From Candidatus Caldarchaeum sp. (GTDB taxonomy: Archaea > Thermoproteota > Nitrososphaeria_A > Caldarchaeales > Caldarchaeaceae), in assembly GCA_038831915.1 (NCBI GenBank), contig JAWBKB010000002.1:4964-68963 (forward strand): a stretch of 64,000 nt of DNA, given 5' to 3'. Numbering within the stretch: position 1 is the stretch's first letter; each line of letters starts with the position of its first letter. The notes under the pieces were generated by a model. That model did not search any database. It worked only from the letters and a program-made list of their open reading frames with translations, and was not told where the DNA came from. The position numbers and the translations under genes were made by a program. Positions 1 through 9,027 of this stretch are shown in pieces.

Positions 1-1225
1 CAGCGGCACGCGCCCATTCAACACCAAGAATGAATGACGCGGCGATTGCGACAACCACGGTGATTACTGGGAGAGCTGTTGATATCATTCCGACGGATAG
101 TCCAGAAACAACTGTCAGCGCAGGCCCTGATTCGCTGCTGGTAGCTATTAGCTTAACATGTGATGACCTCAGGCTGGTGTATACTTCGCTGTAAAACATG
201 ATGAGTATTCCCGCGATAAGGCCTATCACCATGGTGATGTATAACGGAAGGAAGCTGTTGCCGAAAACAACGTTTGATACAACAAGCATCAAAACACCGG
301 CGACAATTGAAGTAACCACTAAGCCGTTGCGGAGAGGTTCAATCGAGTCTTTAAAGGCTTTCTGGTAAATCGCCCATCCAACACCGGCTAAAGTGGCGAC
401 AACACCAACAGCTCTAACGACCAGAGGAAGAACTACGTATGTTTCGTCGATTTTCTGGAACAATATAATTGAGATGACGAGCGCGACAATCATTCCGCCG
501 AGGTTTTCGGCAGTTACTGACTCGAAGAGGTCGGCGCCTCTACCTGCTTCATCTCCGACATTGTCTCCAACTTGGTCAGCTATTACAGCCGGGTTTCTAG
601 GGTCGTCCTCTGGAATTCCGACCTCTATTTTACCCACGAGGTCAGCGCCTATGTCAGCGCTCTTGGTGTAGATGCCGCCTCCGAGCTGAGCGAACAAAGC
701 AGCTAAGCTAGCTCCAAATCCGAATCCAGCCAGGATACCCGGGTCTCTGAAAATCCAGTAAAGAATGGTCAAACCTAGAAGGCTCATCGCAATCACCGCG
801 AGCCCGAGAGCTGCGCCGCCCATCGTAGCGACGCGAAGAGCACTCACCGAAGATTTTGAAGCCGCGAAAGTTGTCCGGACGTTGGCTTTGGTCGCGGAAT
901 CCATCGCGATTGTGGCTGCTATGATGGAAAATGCGACCCCGAGGAGAAAGCTTCCACCTATTTGGAGTCCGTAGGTGATGCCGCCCATTTGGGGAAACAG
1001 AGAGAAGCTTGCGACAATGAGCAGGAAGATGAAGATAGCTATGGTGAAGATTGTTCGGTATTGTCTCTTGAGGTAGGCAATGGAGCCTTCGCGGATCGCC
1101 GACCAAACCGCGACAAACGCCGGCCCTCCTTTCGGATACCTGTTTACTATGGCCACGAACCCAACGGCAGTTAACGCGCCCAACAGGCCCAATAACAAAG
1201 CCAACGTCAGAAAATCAATCGTCAT
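1..1225 (-). CDS. hppA: Membrane-bound H+/Na+-translocating pyrophosphatase, N-terminal part; gene runs off the 5' edge of the window
   Basis: Reverse-strand translation from ATG at 1225..1223 gives MTIDFLTLALLLG...FAQLGGGIYTKSADIGADLVGKIEVGIPEDDPRNPAVIADQVGDNVGD, the diagnostic V-PPase motif. Multiple TM helices; no stop before position 1. Not in the ORF track because it is open at the edge. Confidence 0.85.
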   Translation of the reverse strand, partial: MTIDFLTLALLLGLLGALTAVGFVAIVNRYPKGGPAFVAVWSAIREGSIAYLKRQYRTIFTIAIFIFLLIVASFSLFPQMGGITYGLQIGGSFLLGVAFSIIAATIAMDSATKANVRTTFAASKSSVSALRVATMGGAALGLAVIAMSLLGLTILYWIFRDPGILAGFGFGASLAALFAQLGGGIYTKSADIGADLVGKIEVGIPEDDPRNPAVIADQVGDNVGDEAGRGADLFESVTAENLGGMIVALVISIILFQKIDETYVVLPLVVRAVGVVATLAGVGWAIYQKAFKDSIEPLRNGLVVTSIVAGVLMLVVSNVVFGNSFLPLYITMVIGLIAGILIMFYSEVYTSLRSSHVKLIATSSESGPALTVVSGLSVGMISTALPVITVVVAIAASFILGVEWARAA

Positions 1226-1341
1226 CTCGGTGAAAATCGGGCGGCGTCCACTATAAAAACACAATTTTTACAGGTTTAGGACAGAAAAGATTGTGTGATG
1301 TTGCCTAACAATTATATCCAGCTGCAAGCTCTACATCGGTA

Positions 1342-1953
1342 TTGAATAGGCTGCCGCCTGGGCAGGTGTGGGCGAGAAACTGGGTCATATACTCGGCTCT
1401 AGGAACACCAACAATAGATATTAATGCATACCGGCTGAGAGTGGATGGACTTGTAGAAAACGAAGCCGAATACACTTATCAGCAGCTGCTCGAAATGGCT
1501 GATGTCGAATACGTCAGGCCTTTTCACTGCGTGACTAAGTGGAGCATCGATAACGTGAAATGGAAAGGTGTGAGTTTGAAGCGTTTGCTGATGCTTTCGA
1601 AACCGAAGAATGAGGCGAAATGGGTGATGTTCGGCTGCCTTGACGGATATACGGCGCCTGTGCCGATTGAAGACGCTATGAGCGAAGACGCCATAGTCGT
1701 GTTGGAGATTAATGCTAAACCGTTGAACATAGAGCAGGGTTTTCCCGCCAGGCCTTTCATTCCACATCTCTACGGTTGGAAAAGCGCGAAATGGCTATCC
1801 GAAATAACACTCATCCCTTCTTACAGCGACGGATACTGGGAGCTGTATGGCTACCATGAAAGAGGCAACGTCTGGGATGAGGAGCGGTTCAAAGGCATGG
1901 GCGGCAAACACGTCAAGAGAAAAGCTTGGGGCATCATTCCAGGGGGAACTTGA
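1342..1953 (+). CDS. Sulfite-oxidase-like molybdopterin-binding oxidoreductase domain protein (YedY/MsrP-like)
   Basis: 203-aa ORF. ...YVRPFHCVTKWSIDNVKWKGVSLKRLL...GYTAPVPIEDA...LNIEQGFPARPFIPHLYGWKSAKW... is typical of the oxidoreductase molybdopterin-binding domain. Confidence 0.7.
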   Translation: MNRLPPGQVWARNWVIYSALGTPTIDINAYRLRVDGLVENEAEYTYQQLLEMADVEYVRPFHCVTKWSIDNVKWKGVSLKRLLMLSKPKNEAKWVMFGCLDGYTAPVPIEDAMSEDAIVVLEINAKPLNIEQGFPARPFIPHLYGWKSAKWLSEITLIPSYSDGYWELYGYHERGNVWDEERFKGMGGKHVKRKAWGIIPGGT

Positions 1954-2476
1954 CGAACTTAGGCCAATCGCTGCGGGCCGAGCCAACGTACAACACCGGC
2001 TTATAGCCGCGAAATTCCCAATATTCACCGAAATCTTCAATCGCCACTGCGTCCTCAACGATAGAAAGGAAAAGAAAATGGTCTCCCACATCAATCTTCA
2101 TCTCTACCCTACATTCAAGATATGCAGAAGCGTCGAGTAGTATCGGTGCTTTGGTTTTTTCCCCCAGTCTATATTGGAAACCGCTTGATGATAGCTTGTC
2201 TTTGACGCCTGGCGCAGTGGGCTGGGCCAGCAAAGCCATTTTTGAAACATGCTCGTATGATAGCCAGTTTACGGAGAAAACATTTGAATGCTCGACGAGT
2301 TTTGTGGTTTTGTGAGCTTTGCCGAGAGCGGCTGCTATTTTGGGGGGGTTGAAAGATACAGGCATTACGCTCGATGCGAGTAATCCACCAGCTTCGTCCC
2401 CCATCCGTGAAGCAACAACCATCGCAATCTGCGGATAAAAAAGTCTATGAAACAGTTCAAATGGAATTCTCTTCAC
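1934..2476 (-). CDS. Flavin reductase-like (FMN-binding split-barrel) domain protein
   Basis: 180-aa ORF with a flavin-reductase-like signature (VVASRMGD...VNWLSYEH...AYLECRVE...). Start overlaps the upstream HAD gene by 4 bp (operon member). Confidence 0.6.
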   Translation of the reverse strand: MKRIPFELFHRLFYPQIAMVVASRMGDEAGGLLASSVMPVSFNPPKIAAALGKAHKTTKLVEHSNVFSVNWLSYEHVSKMALLAQPTAPGVKDKLSSSGFQYRLGEKTKAPILLDASAYLECRVEMKIDVGDHFLFLSIVEDAVAIEDFGEYWEFRGYKPVLYVGSARSDWPKFVKFPLE

Positions 2477-3030
2477 ACCGACCCACCTATTTTCAACAAC
2501 GATTGATAAACATCGTCTAATGAATTAACTCTGATGATGTTGGGTGAATTTGGAACTATGCGGTTCCAGGGCTGGTCATAGAGAAATAGCAGCCGCCGTG
2601 TTGCCGCCAACTTTTCAGCGAGTCGTGGTGAATCATCTATGTAGACGTCGTAGGCGAAGCTCGCTTTACTTGCGCGGAGCGGAACCCACACAAAACGACG
2701 GTAACGTACGCCAACATGTTTGAGCCAAGCCTTAACATAGTCTATCGTCTCGGCGGGCCTTTGCGTCAGAATATCGACTTGACCGAAGAGGCTTAGCTTT
2801 TCAGTGTCCTCGCTCAAATCATCCTCTAACGGAGCCATTTCGTACCACCGCTCCCAAGCCAAGATAATCAACTGCATAAACTGTTGCCGCGTCATGTTCA
2901 GCTTCAGCCAAAATTCCCATTCGGTAATCATGTCCCGGGTCAGCTTCAACCCTGTCTGTTCTTCGTAGATTTTGATGATGTTTCCCGCGAGATCCGCCAA
3001 CACTCCGTCTACGTCCAGAGCGATTTTCAA
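2473..3030 (-). CDS. HAD-superfamily 5'(3')-deoxyribonucleotidase-like (NT5C family) hydrolase
   Basis: 185-aa ORF starting MKIALDVDGVLADL (HAD motif I DxDGVL). Size and later motifs (YIDDSP) fit the NT5C-type nucleotidase family. 4-bp overlap with the helicase stop. Confidence 0.6.
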   Translation of the reverse strand: MKIALDVDGVLADLAGNIIKIYEEQTGLKLTRDMITEWEFWLKLNMTRQQFMQLIILAWERWYEMAPLEDDLSEDTEKLSLFGQVDILTQRPAETIDYVKAWLKHVGVRYRRFVWVPLRASKASFAYDVYIDDSPRLAEKLAATRRLLFLYDQPWNRIVPNSPNIIRVNSLDDVYQSLLKIGGSV

Positions 3031-6000
3031 CCCTGTCCCTGACCCATTTTCTCAGCTACGAGATAGGCCGTGTAGATGTTGCGAACATCGTCTCTAAGGT
3101 AGGATTCGAGAAGAGCGGTGAATCTTTCAGGTTTTGAACGGATGAATTTGACGCTGGGCTTCCTCCGCTTCTCCAACTCGGTTCGGGTGAACAGGTCAGA
3201 CGCCCAGACATCCCGCCGCAGCCCCAAAGCAGACTCAAACACTTCCAAAGGGATTTCGACATTCATTTTTTCGGACAGAAGTTTCTTTACGTCCGGTGCT
3301 TTACCGCCTTGCTCGAGACCCTTCAGGAAAGCTTTAACCGCCTCGAGCCCCGCGGTTGTCAATGTTTTGTACAAAAGGTCGAAATCGTATACGACTATTT
3401 TGAAGCCTTTATCGACGAGCTTAGAGATTTCAACGAGGGCCTGCGAAACATCATCAGCCGGCCTGTTGAATTCGAAAAACCCTGTGAACATTTTTGACTC
3501 CTCGCCGTCGAAAAGCGCTAGCCCGTAGAGGCCGGCGTTTAAATCTTCCCGGAACTGAACCGAAACAGCGGACAGAGACGCGAGACCAATAGCTTTCGAA
3601 GGCTTCGTGACCGTGTAAACTGTGTCGCCTATCTGCACCTTCAACGTCTGCATTAATAGTATGTAATCGATGATTTTGAGAGCGTATGTTCGCGCTATTT
3701 CCCAGTCGAGCTTTTTGGCGAGAAAATCGCTGTACACCTGTTCTTCGATTTGCTGCAGAAGAACTTCGTCGAGTTCATCGGGCTGATAGTTTTCGACGTC
3801 TTTCCGCAGGCTTTGCCAGTCGATTGATGGGAGATAGTTTGCGCATTCGCCTTCGTAAAACCTAACGAATTTTCTTTCGCCTAAGACTATCATGTCGAAC
3901 TTCATGATGAAAAGCGAAATGTGATGAATTCTTCTCAGCACGATGAGGATGAAGCTGGCACCGAGACGTAGAAGGCTTGTGTCGTCGAGCGGAGAAGCTT
4001 CGACCGCGAGTCCGTAAGTGTAGTCGCTGTAGAAGCCGTAGGTCGGTGTGGGAACTTCGATGGTTTTCACGTCTTTGATGGCGAAAGTTCTTTCACCAAC
4101 CGTCAACAGCCTGCGTTTGTTCGAATATATTCGCCATTCGACCCTGTTTGCGAATTCGATGAATGTCCCGAATCCGTTGGAAGGAAGCTGTGCTACCAAA
4201 TGGATTAGCGATTGAATGCTTCCTCGGTGAAAATCACGTCTGACATTCGGCTCCTCGTTCCAGCGCAGCTTCGTTCTTTCGTATTCCTCTAGAACAGGGT
4301 TCAGGGCATCGTGTCTTCTCAACCTGCTTTCGAGCAGACTATCGACAACCACGCCTGTGACAACACGGCCTTTTTTCCCTCCTGTTCGGACTTCGACGAC
4401 GACTCCGTCGCTGCTTGGGTCAATGGCTCCGGGCTGAAACTTTTCAACCAAATCGACATGGGAGATGTCTTCGAGGTTTCGTAGGCTGCCGTCGTCTCCA
4501 ACCCGCCAACGCTTGATGCCGTAGGGTGGGGCGAATTCATAAAAATTCATCTTAAGCCAAGCATTCTTACCGTTTTGCGTTAGAGCACCGTCGCTTTCAA
4601 GCCCAAGCTCGCGAAGAAACAAAATATCTTCTTTGGTTATCTTGCTTCGGGTGATTGGGGACACATAATCGAATAGTGTTTTGAAAAGCTTGCCATATTT
4701 GTTTGCTCGGTTCGCGATTGTTTTCTCAATCGGTAGTTCAAGCCATTTTTTGAAAACTTCCACACCTCTGCTTAGTAAATCCCTGTCCCACTGGCTGAAG
4801 GGAATTACCACGGTTTCGGTCCACGGAATATCAGGCCTACGACCCTTCCTCCCCTCCCTCTGTCGAAACTCTCGAACTTCCTGAGGTAATCCAAGGTGAA
4901 CAATTCTCCTGACTGCACCTATGTCAATGCCCTGACTCAAAGTCTTCGGTGTAAAAATCAACTTGGTTTGCCCAATTTTGGCCGATTGCTCAATTTCTCT
5001 TCGCTGCGTCTTGAGCAAGAGATGATGATGAGTGGCGACAGCGGTGTTCAGGCCTGTTTGATGTATCACTTTTCGGGCTGTTTCTTCGGCGGAAGAAATT
5101 CCAACGGTGAAAACCAGAGTCAAAACATCGTCATCAGCGTAGTGTGAAAGAACTTCCACCGGGTCGCCGAAATAGTCGGGGAATTCTGCTCCAGCGGCTT
5201 TAGCAACTTCGACGATTTTGAAGAAATTTCGGCGAAAATCATCGAAATCTTGGATACTTTTTATCACGTCGGGCCCTGCACCCGCTTTGACCAGTTTTTC
5301 TTTCTGAGCTAAAATGGCCTCCCAAATTTTTCGAAGAGATTTGCCTAAGACAAGGTAAGTTCTGTTCTCGGTTTGGAAGGGTTCGCCGTCGACGATGCTG
5401 GATTTCCTCCCGTTGATCTCGGTCAACATCAATCCCACTTCTTCCGGGTCTTGAAGCGTCGCCGTCATGATGACCATTTGGACATTTGGATTGATGATTT
5501 CAACGATGATTCGCATCATCGCCATCAATATCGCTATCGAACGGGGCCCGTAGAAGTCGAATTCGTCCAGAACTATGAGTTGTGTTTCGTTGATAAACTC
5601 CTTGAGGAAAGCGGTCTTGCCTGCGCCAATACGTTTCAGTTCGTTAAGTAGATAGGCTGGGTTCGTTATCACAAGGTTCGAATCTTTAATGGTGGAACGA
5701 AGTGTGCGAGGTGTTGAAGTTTTCAGAATTTCCTCTTTTCTCAGCGCGTCTATTGCTATGACTTTCATGCTGAGAGCTGCACAATAATCTTTCAGACGTT
5801 CAAGCTGGTCGTTTGAAAGAGCGAGTGTGGGATATATCGCGAGTGTATTAGCCCGTTTGAGGGCTGTGTATAGAAACCATGCTTCGGTTTTTCCGCTTCC
5901 CGTGCCGGCTTTCAACACGAGGTTTTCTCCGTTCATCAAAGCTTCCAAACTCTTTCTCTGATGAAGGTAAAGCCTGTTTTCCGCGAGTCTTCTGCATCGA

Positions 6001-6134
6001 GGAATTTCTGATTGTTTCAGCGCAGGCAAAAGGTCGGAGAATTTCTCTTCAACTAGCGGCGGTGAAACCCTTGGGGACACCAGCTTGATAAAATCGTAAC
6101 CAAGTCTGTGAAGCAGTTGTTCCGAATCAATCAT
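3027..6134 (-). CDS. SF2 DEAD/DEAH-box (Ski2/Lhr-like) helicase with a ~550-aa uncharacterized C-terminal region
   Basis: 1035-aa ORF. Motif I LKAGTGSGKTEAW, Ia IYPTLALSNDQLERL, II VLDEFDFYG, III MTATLQ, VI QREGRKGRR. No recognizable domain is visible in the C-terminal half. Confidence 0.8.
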   Translation of the reverse strand: MIDSEQLLHRLGYDFIKLVSPRVSPPLVEEKFSDLLPALKQSEIPRCRRLAENRLYLHQRKSLEALMNGENLVLKAGTGSGKTEAWFLYTALKRANTLAIYPTLALSNDQLERLKDYCAALSMKVIAIDALRKEEILKTSTPRTLRSTIKDSNLVITNPAYLLNELKRIGAGKTAFLKEFINETQLIVLDEFDFYGPRSIAILMAMMRIIVEIINPNVQMVIMTATLQDPEEVGLMLTEINGRKSSIVDGEPFQTENRTYLVLGKSLRKIWEAILAQKEKLVKAGAGPDVIKSIQDFDDFRRNFFKIVEVAKAAGAEFPDYFGDPVEVLSHYADDDVLTLVFTVGISSAEETARKVIHQTGLNTAVATHHHLLLKTQRREIEQSAKIGQTKLIFTPKTLSQGIDIGAVRRIVHLGLPQEVREFRQREGRKGRRPDIPWTETVVIPFSQWDRDLLSRGVEVFKKWLELPIEKTIANRANKYGKLFKTLFDYVSPITRSKITKEDILFLRELGLESDGALTQNGKNAWLKMNFYEFAPPYGIKRWRVGDDGSLRNLEDISHVDLVEKFQPGAIDPSSDGVVVEVRTGGKKGRVVTGVVVDSLLESRLRRHDALNPVLEEYERTKLRWNEEPNVRRDFHRGSIQSLIHLVAQLPSNGFGTFIEFANRVEWRIYSNKRRLLTVGERTFAIKDVKTIEVPTPTYGFYSDYTYGLAVEASPLDDTSLLRLGASFILIVLRRIHHISLFIMKFDMIVLGERKFVRFYEGECANYLPSIDWQSLRKDVENYQPDELDEVLLQQIEEQVYSDFLAKKLDWEIARTYALKIIDYILLMQTLKVQIGDTVYTVTKPSKAIGLASLSAVSVQFREDLNAGLYGLALFDGEESKMFTGFFEFNRPADDVSQALVEISKLVDKGFKIVVYDFDLLYKTLTTAGLEAVKAFLKGLEQGGKAPDVKKLLSEKMNVEIPLEVFESALGLRRDVWASDLFTRTELEKRRKPSVKFIRSKPERFTALLESYLRDDVRNIYTAYLVAEKMGQGQG

Positions 6135-6140
6135 CGCATT

Positions 6141-6599
6141 CTACCTGCTCTGCTCAAAGCTGTTGCGAACTTGACTTATGACGTCTTCGCCGTATCCAAG
6201 CCTTTTGAGCCCTTTAACCATGAGAGCGAAGTATTCGCTTGACGGCACAATTTTTTGACGCGGATTCGTCCCGACGTAAACATATGCTTCAACTGAGGTT
6301 TGGTCGGTTTCCACCATGACTTTGCGTCTGTGATATAGGTGCGGAACTCCTTCATAGCGGTCGAGTTTCTCGAGTTGCTCCTCATCGAGAAGATAGAGAG
6401 CGCCATAAACGATGGATTGGGGGTCTTCGACGATGTTTGCGACACCGCCGCGCCAGGAAGTCGAATAGACGTTGAAGACAAGCCTAAATCCTTTAAGCTT
6501 GGCCGGACGAAGGTCGTGCCACTGGCCGACCCTCTTCTTCATCCCGTCGACGTCGAGGTTGGAGCCATATGCAAAATACCAGACAGGCATCGAAGCCAC
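6141..6599 (-). CDS. Gamma-glutamylcyclotransferase-like (AIG2/GGCT family) protein
   Basis: 152-aa ORF. N-terminal WYFAYGSNLDVDGMKKR matches the YxYGSNL signature of AIG2/GGCT-fold enzymes. 6-bp gap to the helicase start. Confidence 0.7.
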   Translation of the reverse strand: MASMPVWYFAYGSNLDVDGMKKRVGQWHDLRPAKLKGFRLVFNVYSTSWRGGVANIVEDPQSIVYGALYLLDEEQLEKLDRYEGVPHLYHRRKVMVETDQTSVEAYVYVGTNPRQKIVPSSEYFALMVKGLKRLGYGEDVISQVRNSFEQSR

Positions 6600-7913
6600 C
6601 TAGAGAATGAAGTATTCTTTGTCGACTTTTCGATTCTCTACACCGAGGATTGAAGAATCGAATTTAACACCTCCGTGGAGAACTGCGTATGGTTTGTCGA
6701 ATAAGACCGCTTCGGCGATCCTCCCGACCGCGTCTGATTTCATCACGCCGCTTCCGCTCGCCCCGGTTACAACTAAGCAGTTGAGAAACTTGAAAACAAT
6801 CGGGTTGCCGTCTAAGTAGTTCATCGAGTAGTTGCCCGCCCACATCGCGGAAGGCCGCGTGTTCACGAACTGTGGGAAATACTTCACTAAAGGCGGATAG
6901 ACGTTTTCGTAGAAGAAAGATGGCTCGGGCTCGTTTTCGAGCCCGAATTTCCGGCCAATTTCATCCGTTAAACTGACCCAGAACGCTTTATCACTTCTAC
7001 GTGGAACTACGTAGAGACCGTTGGGGAAAAACATCATTGGTAGAGGCCGTCCATTGTCCCAGCCCGACATTAAGAATTTTTCCAATTCGCCAGAAGTTTG
7101 AATTACGAAAAGCTGGCGTTTCTTCGGTTTCACAAAGCAGTCGACCCCGATAGGGTCGAGGAGCTGAGGAGACCACGACCCTGCCGCTACAACCACCATC
7201 TCCGCCTGCAGATATTCCCCATTAACTTTGACACCGCCAACCTTGATTTTCTGCCATGCCCGCGGCTCGTTCGGGATACCCAGCGGCTGAACGGGTTCTA
7301 GAACGAGCTGTTCAACACGCTTATTCAACAATAACTCAACCCCTTCCGAAACACATCTCCGCCTGTAGAGGTTCACCACTTTCTCAACATCTAAGAAACC
7401 ACATCTGGGAGTGAAAAACCCGTAAACAATGTTTTCAATTCCCAAAAGCTGTGCTTCTTCGTCGCCGTCGAACCGGGTGACGACGCCAAGCTGTTTCTCA
7501 AGCTCTTCGCCGCGTAGTAAAACCGCCTTCCCCTGTTCAACGAAATCTTGAACTGCCCGTACGGTTTTCGAATAGCGGTTTTGGTCCATCAATATCATGT
7601 AGCCGACTTCCTGCATGGAAAGCTTGGCTTCGCCTGATTGTTCTGCTTCGCGGAGATGCTGAATGGTTGTTTCGGCGAGAATTCTGTTTACATGGGACGT
7701 GAAGATGCCTTGACGATATCCGCCGACGCTCCGAGCAGTGTTTCCCTGTCCAACATCCTTCTCCATTTCAAGAATCGCGACCGATAAATCGCGGTGGTTG
7801 AGCTTGATGTAATAAGCGGATGCGAGGCCTAGTATGCCGCCTCCGACGACGATAACGTCGAAATCAGCCACAGAACTCCTTAGAGATGAGTAGTTAAAAA
7901 AAGCTTTCATCAC
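6600..7913 (-). CDS. FAD-dependent oxidoreductase (DAO/glycine-oxidase-like family)
   Basis: 437-aa ORF. N-terminal Rossmann dinucleotide-binding motif DVIVVGGGILGLASAYY, size and organisation of DAO-family flavoproteins. Its stop abuts the GGCT start. Confidence 0.75.
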   Translation of the reverse strand: MMKAFFNYSSLRSSVADFDVIVVGGGILGLASAYYIKLNHRDLSVAILEMEKDVGQGNTARSVGGYRQGIFTSHVNRILAETTIQHLREAEQSGEAKLSMQEVGYMILMDQNRYSKTVRAVQDFVEQGKAVLLRGEELEKQLGVVTRFDGDEEAQLLGIENIVYGFFTPRCGFLDVEKVVNLYRRRCVSEGVELLLNKRVEQLVLEPVQPLGIPNEPRAWQKIKVGGVKVNGEYLQAEMVVVAAGSWSPQLLDPIGVDCFVKPKKRQLFVIQTSGELEKFLMSGWDNGRPLPMMFFPNGLYVVPRRSDKAFWVSLTDEIGRKFGLENEPEPSFFYENVYPPLVKYFPQFVNTRPSAMWAGNYSMNYLDGNPIVFKFLNCLVVTGASGSGVMKSDAVGRIAEAVLFDKPYAVLHGGVKFDSSILGVENRKVDKEYFIL

Positions 7914-7947
7914 ACATATTAAGAGCCGTACAATTCATCAAGCGGAT

Positions 7948-9027
7948 TTGCTCGTTGTCAACAGCTATGCCGTGGAGGTAGACGAGGCGATACAAAGGCT
8001 TAGAGAGCAGAACGCAAGCAAAATACTTATTCAGTCACCCCTAGGCCTCCGCTCGGTCGCCTACAAGGTCGGCGAGATACTGCGCAACCATGGCTTCGAG
8101 GTGATTTTTTCATCGTCGAACTGCTGGGGAGGATGCGACGTGGCCTACCCCGAAGCGATGCAGGTTAACGTGGACACCATAATTCACATTGGTCACAGCA
8201 GATTTCTCCGCAGAGACATCATGCCAACGATTTACCTAGAATGCAGATACGCCGACCCCTCACCCATCATATCCATTGCGGACAAAATAGCAAATGAGCT
8301 CGAAAAATTCGAAATCGTCGGATTAGCAGCAAGTGTTCAGTGGCTCGACTATCTCTCAACAATAACGGAGCTACTACGTGAACGGGGAATAAAATCGTTA
8401 ACCGAAAAACCAGATATGTATTCAGTTTATGAAGGGCAGGTTCTCGGATGTGATGTTTCCGCGATGAAAAAAATAGAGGAGAATGTTGACGCGTATTTGG
8501 TCTTGGGAAGTGTTTTTCACGGACTTGGTTTAGCTGTTTCTACTTTAAAGCCGGTATATGCGGCTGATCCTCACATCCAAAAAGTAACGAACCTCGAGCA
8601 TCAACGCGAGAAATTATTACGACAGCGATTCGCTCAAATAGCAGCATTCAAGAAAGCTTCGAAAATCGGAGTACTGGTCAGCATTAAACTAGGTCAGAAA
8701 AGAATGGGCCTCGCTAAATATCTTGCCAAACTGTTAAACAGCCATGAGAAGGAGGCTTTCGTCGCAACCGCCGACGAAATCAACCCGAATACCATCTCGG
8801 AAAACAGGTTCGAAGGGTTTGTCAACACGGCTTGTCCCCGTCTCAGCCTCGAAGACCAGCTACAGTTCAGCAAACCTGTTCTACTACCCGTTGAAACATT
8901 AGTAGCGCTGGGTCTTTTGGACTGGGTTGAAGTGGTAGAGAAAGGTTTTCTCATGTATCCGTGGGGTTGGCATTCAAAGGAAATTGGTGGGAAAATATGG
9001 AAACAAGTAGTCCAGCTCAAAATCTGA
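7948..9027 (+). CDS. dph2: Diphthamide synthase Dph2 (2-(3-amino-3-carboxypropyl)histidine synthase)
   Basis: 359-aa ORF. ILIQSPLGLR, IIHIGHSRF, QVLGCDVS, GVLVSIKLGQ, TACPRLSLED align with conserved blocks of archaeal Dph2. Confidence 0.8.
   Translation: MLVVNSYAVEVDEAIQRLREQNASKILIQSPLGLRSVAYKVGEILRNHGFEVIFSSSNCWGGCDVAYPEAMQVNVDTIIHIGHSRFLRRDIMPTIYLECRYADPSPIISIADKIANELEKFEIVGLAASVQWLDYLSTITELLRERGIKSLTEKPDMYSVYEGQVLGCDVSAMKKIEENVDAYLVLGSVFHGLGLAVSTLKPVYAADPHIQKVTNLEHQREKLLRQRFAQIAAFKKASKIGVLVSIKLGQKRMGLAKYLAKLLNSHEKEAFVATADEINPNTISENRFEGFVNTACPRLSLEDQLQFSKPVLLPVETLVALGLLDWVEVVEKGFLMYPWGWHSKEIGGKIWKQVVQLKI

Noticed and set aside
393-671. 92-aa plus-strand ORF (MATTPTALTTRGRTT...)
   Set aside because: Low-complexity Ser/Thr/Pro-rich translation lying antisense inside the clearly coding H+-pyrophosphatase gene. 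Judged an antisense artefact.
3056-5651. Several 60-140-aa ORFs on both strands inside the helicase gene (e.g. 3118..3528 +, 4319..4540 -, 5373..5651 +)
   Set aside because: All are embedded in, or antisense to, the 1035-aa helicase ORF, which has strong motif support. None has a recognizable motif.
3027-6134. Alternative identities for the large helicase (reverse gyrase, Hel308, Hef, DISARM DrmA with DUF1998)
   Set aside because: No topoisomerase domain. No Hel308 domain-5 HhH pattern. No Hef nuclease/HhH2. No C-terminal 4-Cys cluster typical of DUF1998. Kept as a generic Ski2/Lhr-like SF2 helicase with an unknown C-terminus.
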